This document shows, in pieces, positions 38,495 to 49,214 of a stretch of 64,000 nucleotides of DNA (position 1 is its first letter; the number at the start of each line of letters is the position of its first letter). The translations under genes were made by a program, and so were the position numbers. Under the pieces are notes generated by a model, which was not told where the DNA came from, did not search any database, and saw only the letters and a program-made list of their open reading frames with translations. Source of the stretch: Candidatus Poriferihabitaceae bacterium (GTDB lineage: Bacteria; Pseudomonadota; Gammaproteobacteria; Arenicellales; Poriferihabitantaceae); assembly GCA_965203265.1 (NCBI GenBank), contig CBDBBV010000002.1, positions 1,362,773-1,426,772 on the forward strand. The letters run 5' to 3'.

Positions 38495-39007
38495 ATGCGG
38501 AGAATTACAGTGAAAAAATCATCTACCCTTACCATGATCGCGATTGCGATCGCTATCAGTGGCTGTGCGGCACCATCATTTATACCGCCTTCAGAACACG
38601 ACAAAGAAACCAGCCGACAATATGACCACTCTTATCAAGTATCGTGGGATGCCGTGTTGGATCTGGTAACCGTCTCCGGTTTCAGACTCGAGCAAGTGTC
38701 GAAAGACTCCGGTTATATCAGCATCGCACATAATTTACATCTTGACAGTAGCGAGGCAGATTGCGGGGTATTTGAAGCTGGTGGCACGTTGCAAGTCTAC
38801 ACGATGGATGCCGTCGCTCATGTAGCAATCAGATTCAAAGAACTTTCAGACGACCGCTCGGAAGTCAACGTTGTCGTCACTGGAGAAAAAACCATTACCG
38901 GTAAGAATGCATGGAGCGGCGCCTTTTACAAGCGCATATTCCCATGCGAATCCACCGGCGAATTGGAACGCCAAGTGTTGGACTATGTGTCCAATTACAA
39001 AGGATAG
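38495..39007 (+). CDS. hypothetical lipoprotein (170 aa) in a lower-GC patch
   Basis: Signal plus lipobox (IAIAISGC). I recognise no family. Sampled lines have ~47-57% G+C. Confidence 0.6.
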   Translation: MRRITVKKSSTLTMIAIAIAISGCAAPSFIPPSEHDKETSRQYDHSYQVSWDAVLDLVTVSGFRLEQVSKDSGYISIAHNLHLDSSEADCGVFEAGGTLQVYTMDAVAHVAIRFKELSDDRSEVNVVVTGEKTITGKNAWSGAFYKRIFPCESTGELERQVLDYVSNYKG

Positions 39008-39031
39008 CGCGTACCGGTAATGCCGCTTTGA

Positions 39032-41614
39032 CTATGCAAACCGCAGCTCCGGCACCACCGAATCGGCGGCGGCGGTATAGGCGGGGATTTCGTTGAAGTT
39101 GAGATAGCGGTAGATGTCGGCGGCTAGGGCGTTCAGTTCGCCCGCCTCGTTCATGTATTCCTCGACGGTCGGTAGGCGACCGAGGACGCCTGCCACCGCG
39201 GACAGTTCCGAGGACGCGAGGTATACATTGGCGCCTTGGCCGAGGCGGTTGGGGAAGTTTCGCGTTGAGGTGGATATCACCGTGGCGTTGTCCGCCACGC
39301 GCGCCTGATTGCCCATGCACAGGGAGCAGCCGGGCGGCTCGGTGCGCGCGCCGGCTCGGGCGAAGATGGCGTAGTGCCCCTCCTCGCGCAGTTGCGCCTG
39401 ATCCATGCGGGTGGGCGGCACGATCCACATGCGCGTGGGGATGACCTTGCCCATCTTGTCGAGCAGGCGGCTGGCGGCGCGGAAGTGGCCGATGTTGGTC
39501 ATGCACGAACCGATGAATACCTCGTCTATGCGGTCGCCCGCCACTTCCGACAGCAGCCGCGCATCGTCCGGATCGTTGGGCGCGCACAGGATCGGCTCGG
39601 TGATGGTGTTGAGATCGATGTCGATGATTTCGCGGTATTCGGCGTCGCCGTCGGCTTCCATCAGTTGGGGCGCTTCCAGCCACGCCTGCATGGCCTCGAT
39701 GCGCCGGTTGATGGTGCGCGCGTCTCGGTAGCCCTGGCTGAGCAGCCACTTGAGCATGACGATGTTGGAGGTGAGGTATTCGGCGATGGGTTCTCGATTC
39801 AGTTTGATGGTGCAGCCGGAGGCGGAGCGTTCCGCCGAGGCATCGGCCAGCTCGAACGCCTGCTCCACCTTGAGGTCGGGCAGTCCCTCGATTTCCAGCA
39901 CCCGCCCGGAATAGATGTTCTTCTTGCCCTCTTTCTCCACGCTCAACAGGCCCTTCTTGATGGCCACAAATGGGATGGCGTGCACCAGATCGCGCAGGGT
40001 TATGCCCGGCTGCATTTCGCCGCTGAAGCGCACCAGCACGGATTCGGGCATGTCCAGCGGCATGACGCCGGTGGCGGCGGCGAACGCCACCAAGCCGGAG
40101 CCCGCCGGGAACGAAATGCCGATGGGGAAGCGGGTGTGGGAGTCGCCGCCGGTGCCGACGGTGTCGGGCAGCAGCATGCGATTCATCCACGAGTGGATGA
40201 TGCCGTCGCCGGGGCGCAGGGATATGCCGGCGCGATCCATCATGAAGTCCGGCAAACTGTGTTGGGTTTCGATGTCCACCGGCTTGGGATAGGCCGAGGT
40301 GTGGCAGAAGGACTGCATAACCAGATCCGACTGGAAGCCGAGGCAGGCGAGGTCCTTGAGTTCGTCTCGGGTCATCGGGCCGGTGGTGTCCTGAGAGCCC
40401 ACGGTGGTCATCTTCGGCTCGCAGTATTGGCCGGGACGCACACCGTCCAGACCACAGGCGCGGCCCACCATCTTTTGCGCCAGTGTATAGCCGCGATCGC
40501 TTTGCGCCGGTGGAGACGGTTTGCGAAACACCTCGCTTTCGCCGAGGCCGAGGGCTTGGCGCGCCCGCGCGGTCAGGCCGCGACCGATGATCAGGTTGAT
40601 GCGCCCACCGGCGCGAACCTCGTCCAACAGGACTTCGGTTTTTATCTTGAATTCGCTGATCACTTCATCACTATCGTGGCGGCAAACCACGCCTTTATAC
40701 GGATGCACATCGATCACATCCCCCATTTCCATCCCGCTCACATCCATTTCGATGGGCAGGGCGCCGGAATCTTCCAGCGTGTTGAAGAAGATCGGCGCGA
40801 TCTGCCCGCCGAAGCAATACCCCCCGGCGCGCTTGTTGGGGATGCCGGGAATATCCTCGCCGGTATGCCACAACACGGAATTGACCGCGGATTTCCGCGA
40901 GGAACCGGTGCCGACCACATCGCCGACATATACCACCGGGAAACCCTTCTTCTTCAACTGCGCCAGAATTTCGAGGGGGTTGTCGGCCAGACCCGGACGC
41001 GGATTCTTCAGCATCGCCAGCGCGTGCAGCGGAATATCCGGACGCGACCACGCATCCGGCGCCGGCGACAGATCGTCCGTATTGGTCTCGCCGGGCACCT
41101 TGAACACCGTTACCGTGATGGTCGCAGGCACCTCGTCGCGCGCGGTGAACCACTCCGCGTCGGCCCAGGACTGCAACACCTTGCGGGCGCTATCGCTACC
41201 CCCTTCGGCGCGCTCGGCCACATCGTAGAAAGCGTCGAACATCAGGATGGTGTGGGAGAGCGCCCGCACCGCGCCGTCCGCCAACTGCGGTTCGTCTAGG
41301 CAGGCGATCAGCGGCTCGATGTTGTAGCCGCCGTGCATCATGCCGAGCAGTTCCACCGCCAGTTCGCGTTCGATCACCGGAGATTTCGCCTCGCCGCGAA
41401 CCACGGCGGCGAGGAATGCCGCCTTGATATAAGCGGCTGGGTCGACGCCGGCGGCGACTCGATTGCGAATCAGGTCGAGCAGCTGCGCCTCGCGTCCCGC
41501 GGGCGGGGCTTTCAACAACTCCACCAGCTGCGCGGTCTGGCCGGCATCCAGCACACGAGGAACGATGCCCAGCGCGGCGCGCTCGGCTACCTGTTTTTCA
41601 TATTCTTCCAACAC
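39032..41614 (-). CDS. acnB: bifunctional aconitate hydratase 2 / 2-methylisocitrate dehydratase
   Basis: 860 aa, starting MLEEYEKQVAERAALGIVPRVLDAGQTAQLVELLKAPP; contains GSCMTNIGHFRAA and CSLCMGNQARV. Confidence 0.95.
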   Translation of the reverse strand: MLEEYEKQVAERAALGIVPRVLDAGQTAQLVELLKAPPAGREAQLLDLIRNRVAAGVDPAAYIKAAFLAAVVRGEAKSPVIERELAVELLGMMHGGYNIEPLIACLDEPQLADGAVRALSHTILMFDAFYDVAERAEGGSDSARKVLQSWADAEWFTARDEVPATITVTVFKVPGETNTDDLSPAPDAWSRPDIPLHALAMLKNPRPGLADNPLEILAQLKKKGFPVVYVGDVVGTGSSRKSAVNSVLWHTGEDIPGIPNKRAGGYCFGGQIAPIFFNTLEDSGALPIEMDVSGMEMGDVIDVHPYKGVVCRHDSDEVISEFKIKTEVLLDEVRAGGRINLIIGRGLTARARQALGLGESEVFRKPSPPAQSDRGYTLAQKMVGRACGLDGVRPGQYCEPKMTTVGSQDTTGPMTRDELKDLACLGFQSDLVMQSFCHTSAYPKPVDIETQHSLPDFMMDRAGISLRPGDGIIHSWMNRMLLPDTVGTGGDSHTRFPIGISFPAGSGLVAFAAATGVMPLDMPESVLVRFSGEMQPGITLRDLVHAIPFVAIKKGLLSVEKEGKKNIYSGRVLEIEGLPDLKVEQAFELADASAERSASGCTIKLNREPIAEYLTSNIVMLKWLLSQGYRDARTINRRIEAMQAWLEAPQLMEADGDAEYREIIDIDLNTITEPILCAPNDPDDARLLSEVAGDRIDEVFIGSCMTNIGHFRAASRLLDKMGKVIPTRMWIVPPTRMDQAQLREEGHYAIFARAGARTEPPGCSLCMGNQARVADNATVISTSTRNFPNRLGQGANVYLASSELSAVAGVLGRLPTVEEYMNEAGELNALAADIYRYLNFNEIPAYTAAADSVVPELRFA

Positions 41615-41650
41615 GGCGATGCTCCGCTATCGGGATTGAAACGTTTCGCC

Positions 41651-42235
41651 CTACTTGCCGAGCAGTTTCCACACGCTCGGCAACACCACCATGGCGAGGA
41701 TGATCTTGAACAGGTCGCCAATCAGGAACGGGTACATTCCGAGACTCAGCACGGGCTTGTCCCAGCCGATCACGCTGCCCAGATGCACCAAGCCGAAGGC
41801 GTAGATGATCAGGTTGCCGATGAGCATGGCGGCGAAGGTGGTGTGCGCGCGCCGATCCCAGCCGCGCTCCGCCAGATAGCCGCAAACCGCCGCGGCCACG
41901 ACGAATCCAAACAGATACCCGCCGGTCGGCCCGAAGAGAATGCCGAGACCGCCCCCTTTGGCAAATACCGGCAGACCGTAGGCGCCTTCGGCTAGGTAGA
42001 GCAACACGGTCAGCGCGCCGAGCCGCCAACCGTAGGCCACGCCGATGACCAACACCACAAATGTTTGCATGGTGATCGGAACCGGCTGAAGGGGAATCGA
42101 AACTTTGGCCGAAAGCGCTATCAGAACGGAACCGGCCACTGCCAGAGCGGCTGCGCGGAAGAAAGCGTGCCATCGACCTTCACTCTGCCAGAGTACGGTC
42201 GCCAATGTGGGATGTCTGATTGTTTGAGTGGTCAT
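41651..42235 (-). CDS. bioY: biotin transporter BioY
   Basis: Trimmed to MTTQTIRHPTLATVLWQ. Contains VPITMQTFVVLVIG and GPTGGYLFGF. 194 aa. Confidence 0.85.
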   Translation of the reverse strand: MTTQTIRHPTLATVLWQSEGRWHAFFRAAALAVAGSVLIALSAKVSIPLQPVPITMQTFVVLVIGVAYGWRLGALTVLLYLAEGAYGLPVFAKGGGLGILFGPTGGYLFGFVVAAAVCGYLAERGWDRRAHTTFAAMLIGNLIIYAFGLVHLGSVIGWDKPVLSLGMYPFLIGDLFKIILAMVVLPSVWKLLGK

Positions 42236-42315
42236 GGAGAAAATCGCCTCACGAGTTGGGAGTTGGGGGATTGACGGAATTTCACGAGCACGCGGCTCGC
42301 TCACGGGCGCGAATT

Positions 42316-43839
42316 CTAGCGCAATTCCCGCTCGGCGAACAACAACCCCAATGTGCCCAACGCGCCCAGCGCCACGGCCACAATCAACGCCGGCCAATCG
42401 CCGAATGCGGTGTAGGGGGTAACGCCCGCGCGCGGCTGCACGCTGGCGGTGACTACGGTCTTGACGAATTGCGGCGCGACGGCGACCACCCGGCCACGCC
42501 AGTCGATGACCGAGGACAGGCCGTTGTTGGACGCGCGAATCATGTACCGCCCGCTTTCCAGCGAGCGAAAGCGCGCCATCTGCAAGCGCTGATGCGGCGC
42601 CAGCGAATCGCCAAACCACATATCCTCGCTGACATTGAGCAGTATGCCGGAGGCCGGCACCTGACGACGCCATTCCTGCGGGAAGGCGTCCTCGTAGCAA
42701 ATCGAGGCGGCGAATAAATTTCCCGCCGCCGCCAGCGCGCTCTGAGGCTGCCGCCAATGGGCGAAATCCGACATCGGAATGTTCATCATATCCAGCAGCG
42801 GGCGTAGCCACGGCAACGGCAGAAACTCGCCGAATGGAACCAGATGCTGTTTGTGGTAGAGGGAGATGCGGTCATGGCCGCTGAGTGCGGCGATGCTGTT
42901 GTAGTACCGCCAAGCGCCGTTGCCGTTGCCATCGCCGGCGGCGGCGCGGGTGAGCACGCCGAAGATGAAGTCGGCGGGGTGGGCGCGGATTTGCCGGTGG
43001 AAATTCGCGGGCAGGCGGTCGAGATAATCGGGCACCGCCGCTTCCGGCCAGACCACCACATCCACATCCCGATGGCGGGCGCTTTGCGCGAGATACTCCC
43101 GCACGATGCGCGCGCTTCTGGCGCCGTCCCACTTGAGCGTTACCGGCACATTGTTCTGCACGATCGCCACGGAGATCGCCCCGTCCCGAGCTTGCGTCCA
43201 GGGGGTGGCGGACAGTTGCCACGCGCCCAGCCAGATCAGCCCCAGTAGAAACGCCAGCAGCGCATTCCCACGGCATTTCTCGCCCAGCAGCGCCGACAAC
43301 GCGCCCACCGTGGTCAGGGTCAGCAAACTGACCAGATACACCCCGCCGAGAGGGGCGAAACCGGCGATGGGGGTGTCGAGCATGGCGTAGCCGGTGGTCA
43401 GCCAGGGGAAGCCGGTGAACAGCCAGCCGCGCAACCACTCGGTCAACAACCACACGCTCGGCATGATCGCCGCCAACCGAATGGTAGCGGCACGACCGGT
43501 TCGCGCCCGACTGCGCGCGCATCCCTGTACGAATCCGGCGAGAGCCGGAAACCATGACATCGCCAGCACCAGCAATAAAACGCACAGACCGGCGAGCACG
43601 GGCGGCATACCACCGAAATTGTGAATGCTGACTTGAATCCAGGAAATTCCGACTCCGAACATACCCAGCCCGTAGACGAATCCGTGCCAAGCGGCGGCGG
43701 CGCGGCTGTCGGCACGCCACAGGGCGAACAGCGCGGCGAAACTAAGCAGGCACAACGGCCACCAACCAAGCGGGGCGAACGAAAGGGCGTTGGCGCATCC
43801 CGCGCCGAATGCGAGCAGGGTTGCGGGCAGGGGTTTCAT
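42316..43839 (-). CDS. lnt: apolipoprotein N-acyltransferase
   Basis: Trimmed to MKPLPATLLAFGAGCANALSFAPLGWWPL. It has a C-terminal CN-hydrolase domain (ASICYEDAFP) and lies next to ybeY. Confidence 0.9.
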   Translation of the reverse strand: MKPLPATLLAFGAGCANALSFAPLGWWPLCLLSFAALFALWRADSRAAAAWHGFVYGLGMFGVGISWIQVSIHNFGGMPPVLAGLCVLLLVLAMSWFPALAGFVQGCARSRARTGRAATIRLAAIMPSVWLLTEWLRGWLFTGFPWLTTGYAMLDTPIAGFAPLGGVYLVSLLTLTTVGALSALLGEKCRGNALLAFLLGLIWLGAWQLSATPWTQARDGAISVAIVQNNVPVTLKWDGARSARIVREYLAQSARHRDVDVVVWPEAAVPDYLDRLPANFHRQIRAHPADFIFGVLTRAAAGDGNGNGAWRYYNSIAALSGHDRISLYHKQHLVPFGEFLPLPWLRPLLDMMNIPMSDFAHWRQPQSALAAAGNLFAASICYEDAFPQEWRRQVPASGILLNVSEDMWFGDSLAPHQRLQMARFRSLESGRYMIRASNNGLSSVIDWRGRVVAVAPQFVKTVVTASVQPRAGVTPYTAFGDWPALIVAVALGALGTLGLLFAERELR

Positions 43840-43873
43840 CGGTGCGGGCGGGGGCGGGGGCAAAGTGGGCAGA

Positions 43874-44344
43874 TCACTCGGGCGAGGGCGGGTGGGGTAT
43901 GCCGAGGGCGGCGAGAATATCCCGTTCCAGAGATTCCATCCGCTCGGCCTGCGCAACCAACTGATGATCCCAGCCGCACAGGTGCAGGACGCCGTGAATG
44001 ACGATGTGCGCCCAATGATCCATCAGCGGTACCCCCAGCGATTCGGCCTGAGCGGCCACCAGCGGCGCGCAGATCACCACATCGCCGAGAATCTCCAGCG
44101 GCAAATCAGCCTCGGCCTCGGCCTCGAACGGGAAGGACAACACATCGGTGGCGCCGCTCTTGCCGCGATAGCGATGATTGAGATCGGCCATTTCAGATTG
44201 ATCGACCACGCGCACGGTCAATTCCCCCCGGCACCCAACCTGCGCCAATGCGGCGCCGATCCAGCGTTCGATCCGGCCGAGGTTGGGAACCACCCGGTGG
44301 TCGGCACAGGCGACCTGCAGTTGCAGTGGTGGTTGCGGCCGCAC
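43874..44344 (-). CDS. ybeY: rRNA maturation endoribonuclease YbeY
   Basis: Motif HGVLHLCGWDH. The GTG start at 44344 overlaps the ybeZ stop by 1 nt. Confidence 0.85.
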   Translation of the reverse strand: MRPQPPLQLQVACADHRVVPNLGRIERWIGAALAQVGCRGELTVRVVDQSEMADLNHRYRGKSGATDVLSFPFEAEAEADLPLEILGDVVICAPLVAAQAESLGVPLMDHWAHIVIHGVLHLCGWDHQLVAQAERMESLERDILAALGIPHPPSPE

Positions 44345-45318
44345 TAGCCGCCGGACTGCTCGTAGGCTTCGACTATGCGCTGCACCAGCGGGTGGCGCAC
44401 CACATCCTCGGGCAGGAATCTGGTGAAACTGATGCCGTCGATTCCCCCCAACACCTGCCGGGCGTGCTTGAGCCCGGAGCGTTGCTCTCGCGGCAAATCG
44501 ATCTGGGTGATGTCGCCGGTAACGATCGCTCGGGAGCCGAAACCGATGCGCGTCAGGAACATTTTCATCTGCTCCGCCGTGGTGTTTTGCGCCTCGTCGA
44601 GAATCACGAAGGACTCGTTGAGGGTGCGCCCGCGCATGTACGCCAGCGGCGCCAGCTCGATGGTGCCGCGCGCGATCAATTTGCCCACCCGGTCGAATCC
44701 CAGCATGTCGTACAGGGCGTCGAACAGCGGGCGCAGATAGGGGTCGATCTTCTCGCCGATGTCGCCGGGCAGAAAGCCCAGTTTCTCGCCCGCCTCCACC
44801 GCCGGACGAACCAGCAGGATGCGCGCGACCCGGCCCTCGGAAAGCGCCTGAATGGCGCATGCCACCGCCAGATAGGTCTTGCCGGTGCCGGCCGGGCCGA
44901 TGGCGAAGTTGATGTCGTGGCTGGCGATGCGCTGCAGGTATTTGCGCTGGCGCGGGTTTTGGCCGCGAATGAGGTGTTTGCGCAGTTTGACCACGACCTC
45001 TTTCTTCGCTGCGTCCGCCTTGCGCTCGTCGGGCGACTGCGCCTGCTCGGCACCGGCGCGCGCCAACTCCAGATGAACATCGTTGCCGGTAATCGGCTCG
45101 CTCTTGTATTTGGTCATTTCAAACAGACTGCGGATGACGGATTCGGCGCGGCTGGCGGCGTGGTTGGCACCGGTAACGCGAAAGGCATTGTGGCGCTGGG
45201 AGATGCGCACATCCAGCCGATCTTCGATTTGCTGCAGATGCGCGTCCAGTTCCCCGCACACCTGAGACAGCCGCTCGTTCTCGGCGGGCAGCAGCTGGAA
45301 CAGGATCGCCTTGCTCAA
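44344..45318 (-). CDS. ybeZ: PhoH-like ATPase
   Basis: Walker A GPAGTGKTYLA, followed by LDEAQNTT. It sits in a miaB-ybeZ-ybeY context. Confidence 0.9.
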   Translation of the reverse strand: MSKAILFQLLPAENERLSQVCGELDAHLQQIEDRLDVRISQRHNAFRVTGANHAASRAESVIRSLFEMTKYKSEPITGNDVHLELARAGAEQAQSPDERKADAAKKEVVVKLRKHLIRGQNPRQRKYLQRIASHDINFAIGPAGTGKTYLAVACAIQALSEGRVARILLVRPAVEAGEKLGFLPGDIGEKIDPYLRPLFDALYDMLGFDRVGKLIARGTIELAPLAYMRGRTLNESFVILDEAQNTTAEQMKMFLTRIGFGSRAIVTGDITQIDLPREQRSGLKHARQVLGGIDGISFTRFLPEDVVRHPLVQRIVEAYEQSGG

Positions 45319-45348
45319 CGCGGCGACAAACTCCGGCGGCGGGATGCC

Positions 45349-46752
45349 TCAGGCAACCTGCCTCCTCCCCGACCACCTCGCCGACCCCGCCGACACTACG
45401 CCGCGCAGGGAATTGGGTAGCGCCTCGGTGATGCGCACCGCGACCAATTCCCCGACCATCTCCTCCGCGCGCCCGTCGAAATTCACCACGCGGTTGTTCT
45501 CGGTGCGCCCCGCCAGCTGGCTCGCGTCCTTGCGCGAAGGGCCTTCCACCAGCACCGACTGCTCGCTGCCGACCATCCGCGCGCTGATTGCGGCGGCCAT
45601 TTCGCCGATGCGCTGCTGCAGCACCTGCAATCGCTCCTTCTTCACCTCCAGTGGCACATCGTCCGGCAACTGCGCCGCCGGTGTCCCCGGACGCGGGCTG
45701 TATAGGAAGCTGAACGATTGGTCGTAGCCGACGAGATCGATCAGATCCATGGTGGCGGCGAAGTCGGCGTCGAGTTCGCCGGGGAAGCCGACTATGAAAT
45801 CCGAGGACAGGGAAATATCCGCTCGATTCGCGCGGATTTTGTCGATCCAAGCGCAGTATTCGTCCGCGCTGTAGCCGCGCTTCATCAAGCCCAGTATGCG
45901 GTCGGAACCGCTTTGCACCGGCAGATGCAGGTGGCCGGCCAACTGGGGGATTTCGGCGTAGGCGCGCGCCAGCGAATCGGTGAAATCGAGGGGGTGGGAG
46001 GTGGTGTAGCGAATCCGTTCGATGCCGTCTATCGCGGCGACATAGTGGAGCAGTTCGGCCAGATCGACCTGTCCGCCGTCGTGCCGCGGCCCGCGATAGC
46101 CGTTGACATTCTGCCCAAGCAGATTGACCTCGCGCACGCCCTGACGGGCGAGGCCGTACACCTCGGTGATCACATCGTCGAAGGGGCGGCTGAACTCGGT
46201 GCCGCGAGTGTACGGCACCACACAGAAGGAGCAGTATTTGCTGCAGCCCTCCATGATCGAAACGAACGCCTTGACGCCGTCGGCGCCGGGCGGCGGCAGG
46301 CAGTCGAATTTCTCGATTTCGGGGAAGGTAACATCGACCGATTTACCACGCCGAGCGGCGCGGTCGAGCATGGCCGGTAGCCGGTGCAGGGTTTGCGGGC
46401 CGAAGACGATATCGACAAACGGCGCCCGCCGCAGGATCATCTCCCCTTCCTGACTGGCGACGCACCCCCCCACGCCGATGACCAGTTCCGGTTTGCGCGC
46501 CTTGAGGCGGCGCCACTGCCCCAGTTGGGAAAACACCTTCTCCTGCGCTTTTTCCCGCACCGAGCAGGTGTTCAGCAACAGCAGGTCGGCATCGTCGGGA
46601 TCGTCGGTGGTTTCATAGCCGTGGCTGGCGCGAAGCAGATCGGCCATGCGCGATGAATCGTATTCATTCATCTGACAGCCGAATGTTTTGACATGCAGTT
46701 TAGGCGTCACGGGCGATAACGGGGATGGGGGTTTCGTGCGGGGATTGTACAC
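45349..46752 (-). CDS. miaB: tRNA-2-methylthio-N6-dimethylallyladenosine synthase (radical SAM)
   Basis: Motifs [16 protein letters not shown] and [18 protein letters not shown]. The maximal ORF is given. By comparison with the E. coli N-terminus, the true start may be GTG at 46710 ([13 protein letters not shown]). Confidence 0.9.
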   Translation of the reverse strand: MYNPRTKPPSPLSPVTPKLHVKTFGCQMNEYDSSRMADLLRASHGYETTDDPDDADLLLLNTCSVREKAQEKVFSQLGQWRRLKARKPELVIGVGGCVASQEGEMILRRAPFVDIVFGPQTLHRLPAMLDRAARRGKSVDVTFPEIEKFDCLPPPGADGVKAFVSIMEGCSKYCSFCVVPYTRGTEFSRPFDDVITEVYGLARQGVREVNLLGQNVNGYRGPRHDGGQVDLAELLHYVAAIDGIERIRYTTSHPLDFTDSLARAYAEIPQLAGHLHLPVQSGSDRILGLMKRGYSADEYCAWIDKIRANRADISLSSDFIVGFPGELDADFAATMDLIDLVGYDQSFSFLYSPRPGTPAAQLPDDVPLEVKKERLQVLQQRIGEMAAAISARMVGSEQSVLVEGPSRKDASQLAGRTENNRVVNFDGRAEEMVGELVAVRITEALPNSLRGVVSAGSARWSGRRQVA

Positions 46753-46780
46753 CGGTAGGCGTGGAACAGGCGTGGGGCAC

Positions 46781-47383
46781 TCAGCGCGCCACCATTTCCG
46801 CCCTGTTGATCACGATGGGTTCGAGGGGTACATCTTGATATACGCCCACCGTGCCGGTTGGCTGGGCGGCGATCTGCTCCACCACATCCATGCCGCCGGT
46901 CACCCGCGCGAATACCGCGTAACCCCAGCCCTGCGGAGTCGGCGCGGTGTGGTCGAGGAAAGCGTTGTCGGCGAGGTTGATGAAAAACTGGGAGGTGGCC
47001 GAATGCGGATCCGGCGTGCGCGCCATGGACAGGGTGCCGGTGAGATTTTTCAGGCCGTTTTCCGCCTCGTTTTGGATGGGCGGGCGGGTCTGGCGCTGGC
47101 GCATGTCGCTGGTGAAGCCGCCGCCCTGAATCACGAATCCGGGGATGACGCGATGGAAGATGAGATCGTCGAAGTGCCCGGACTCCACATATTCGACGAA
47201 ATTGCGCACGCTGACGGGCGCCTCCTGCGGATAGAGTTCGATTTCGATTTCGCCCAGAGTGGTGGACAGTTTGACCGTGTTGGTCATGGTTTTTTCTCCT
47301 TCGGTTTGGCCATGTAGCGGCGCCACGGACAGCCCGGTCGCAGCCAACAGCGTGAATAGAATGATGAATGCGGAACGTTTCAT
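46781..47383 (-). CDS. ppiA: periplasmic cyclophilin-type peptidyl-prolyl isomerase
   Basis: Trimmed to [22 protein letters not shown] (signal peptide); contains [15 protein letters not shown]. Confidence 0.85.
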   Translation of the reverse strand: MKRSAFIILFTLLAATGLSVAPLHGQTEGEKTMTNTVKLSTTLGEIEIELYPQEAPVSVRNFVEYVESGHFDDLIFHRVIPGFVIQGGGFTSDMRQRQTRPPIQNEAENGLKNLTGTLSMARTPDPHSATSQFFINLADNAFLDHTAPTPQGWGYAVFARVTGGMDVVEQIAAQPTGTVGVYQDVPLEPIVINRAEMVAR

Positions 47384-47838
47384 GGTGTGATCATCTCCAG
47401 AATGTGTTGCCAATGGCGTTGTTCCACCGGCATGACGGACAAGCGGTTGCCGCGCTGCAGCAGTCGCATATCGGCCAGAGCCGGCTCGCGCCGCAACTGC
47501 GTCAAGGTAACGGGTTTTTCCAGTTTGCCGAGGAATGCCACATCGACCAGCATCCAAGTGGGGTTTTCGGGATCGCTCTTCGGATCGTAGTGGGAGTTTT
47601 CCGGATCGAAGGCGGTCGCGTCCGCGTAGGCTTCGCTGGCGATTTCCATGGTGCCGACAATGGCGGGCGTCTTGCAGCTCGAGTGATAGAAAAACGCCCG
47701 ATCCCCGACCGCCATTTCATCGCGCATGAAGTTGCGCGCCTGATAATTGCGCACGCCGTCCCACGGCTCCACCCCGACCCGCGCCAGATCGTCGATGGAA
47801 AATTCGCCCGGTTCGCTCTTCATCAACCAGTATTGCAT
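47380..47838 (-). CDS. EVE (PUA-like) domain protein
   Basis: MQYWLMKSEPGEFSIDDLARVGVEPWDGVRNYQARNFMRDEMAVGDRAFFYHS. Confidence 0.8.
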   Translation of the reverse strand: MQYWLMKSEPGEFSIDDLARVGVEPWDGVRNYQARNFMRDEMAVGDRAFFYHSSCKTPAIVGTMEIASEAYADATAFDPENSHYDPKSDPENPTWMLVDVAFLGKLEKPVTLTQLRREPALADMRLLQRGNRLSVMPVEQRHWQHILEMITP

Positions 47839-47861
47839 AGAAAATTACTCCGATTCCCCGT

Positions 47862-48476
47862 TTACGCCGGTTCGCATCGATATACCCGTTCATCGGTAAC
47901 CACCTCGGCGATGGGGATGTCCCAGTTTTCCGCGTCGATCTCGTCGAGACGCTGGATTTCATGCGCCAACCCGACCAGCCGGGGAAGCGCGTGCGGGCGG
48001 CGCTGCTTGAACGCGAAGGTGGTGTCGTAAAACCCCCCGCCCATGCCGATGCGATTGCCGCGCCGGTCGAATCCCACCAACGGCAGCAACACCAAGTCGA
48101 GATCACCGGCGTCGATCAATTCGTCCGCCGACAGCGCGGGCTCGGCGATGCCGAATCGATTGCGCCGGAAGCGGGTGTGCGGCGTAACCTCGCCGAATCG
48201 CAACACATTCCCCTCGCCGCCGATGCCGCCGATGATCGGCACATAGCACCGCTTGCCGCGATCAAGACGCCAGCGCATGGCCTCGGCAGGATCGATCTCG
48301 CCGTCGTTGGCCAGATACAACGCGACGGATTCGCTCTGCCCGAAGGCCGGCAATGCCGCCAGCTGCTCGGCCAAAGCGGCCGCCGCCTGCGCCTGTCGCG
48401 CCGCCCCGAGGGCGCGGCGCCGCTGCCGCAACAATTTCCGCAACTCGGATTTCCCCTCAGCCGGGTGCATGCTCAT
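47862..48476 (-). CDS. ygfA: 5-formyltetrahydrofolate cyclo-ligase
   Basis: Trimmed to MSMHPAEGKSELRKLLRQRRR. Contains GFDRRGNRIGMGGGFYD. It lies downstream of zapA and 6S RNA, as in E. coli. Confidence 0.85.
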   Translation of the reverse strand: MSMHPAEGKSELRKLLRQRRRALGAARQAQAAAALAEQLAALPAFGQSESVALYLANDGEIDPAEAMRWRLDRGKRCYVPIIGGIGGEGNVLRFGEVTPHTRFRRNRFGIAEPALSADELIDAGDLDLVLLPLVGFDRRGNRIGMGGGFYDTTFAFKQRRPHALPRLVGLAHEIQRLDEIDAENWDIPIAEVVTDERVYRCEPA

Positions 48477-48554
48477 CCCGATGTGGTCAACACGCCCAAA
48501 CTTCGTTTTCGTTGGTCGTTGATCGTTGGCTTCAGACAACAAACCCCTACCACG

Positions 48555-48603
48555 CAATCGATAATCGATAATCGACCATCAACCATCGACCATCGACCAT
48601 CGA
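48555..48603. repeat. seven tandem heptamers ([A/C]ATC[G/A]A[T/C/A])
   Basis: The run is AATCGAT AATCGAT AATCGAC CATCAAC CATCGAC CATCGAC CATCGAA. It lies between the predicted 6S RNA 3' end and ygfA. Confidence 0.9.
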
Positions 48604-48606
48604 AAT

Positions 48607-48809
48607 AGACGCTGCCCGCCGGTGCCGTGTGCCTGCGTTGCCTTGAACCGGAAGATTCAAGTGGGCGCCTGAGGTCGCTTCGGGATCACCAGCAGCGTAC
48701 TGATTCAGTAGCAGTGGCGATGCACGCCCGCGACCTGACTCTGGTGCCCTACACTTTGGATTAGGTCCTAAGGGATTCGGCAAACATCACGAACACCGCA
48801 GGCAGCGCA
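48607..48809 (-). ncRNA. ssrS: 6S RNA
   Basis: It sits in the conserved zapA-ssrS-ygfA position. The minus strand has a 5' arm GCGCTGCCTGCGGTGTTCG pairing with the 3' arm CACCGGCGGGCAGCG. It also has CACTTGAATC..CCGGTTCAAGG, like E. coli CACCUUGAACC..GGGUUCAAGG. An extended -10 (TGCTACAAT) lies at 48824-48816. The ends are good to +/- 10 nt. Confidence 0.7.
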
Positions 48810-48898
48810 GGGGCTATTGTAGCATGGGGAAATGAAATCGGGGGATACTAGTCGGCGCGGCAATCGCGCGGGGAAACGGATCAACCGGACAGCGAACG

Positions 48899-49204
48899 CT
48901 ACCCGCCCACCTGCCGCAGGTTGGTGATCGCCTCGTCCACCTGCTGGTGCAAACTTTCCAGCCGGGAATGGGTCTGCTCGTCCTCGCCCGCCGCCCGGCG
49001 CAACGCCAGCAGTTCATGGCTGATGTTCAACCCCGCCATGATGGCGCAACGGTCGATGCCCAACACCCGCCCGCCGCGGGAAACCGCGCGCATCTGCTGG
49101 TCGAGATAGGCCGCCGCCTCGACCACGCCGCGACTCTCCTCGGCGCTGCAGGCGACGGTGAATTCGCGCTGCATGATGCTCACCTTTACGCTTTCTTTTT
49201 GCAT
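48899..49204 (-). CDS. zapA: cell division protein ZapA
   Basis: 101 aa, VKVSIMQREFTVACSAEESRGVVEAAAYLDQQMRAV. Its position upstream of ssrS supports the call. Confidence 0.8.
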   Translation of the reverse strand: MQKESVKVSIMQREFTVACSAEESRGVVEAAAYLDQQMRAVSRGGRVLGIDRCAIMAGLNISHELLALRRAAGEDEQTHSRLESLHQQVDEAITNLRQVGG

Positions 49205-49214
49205 GGGCGGCTAG

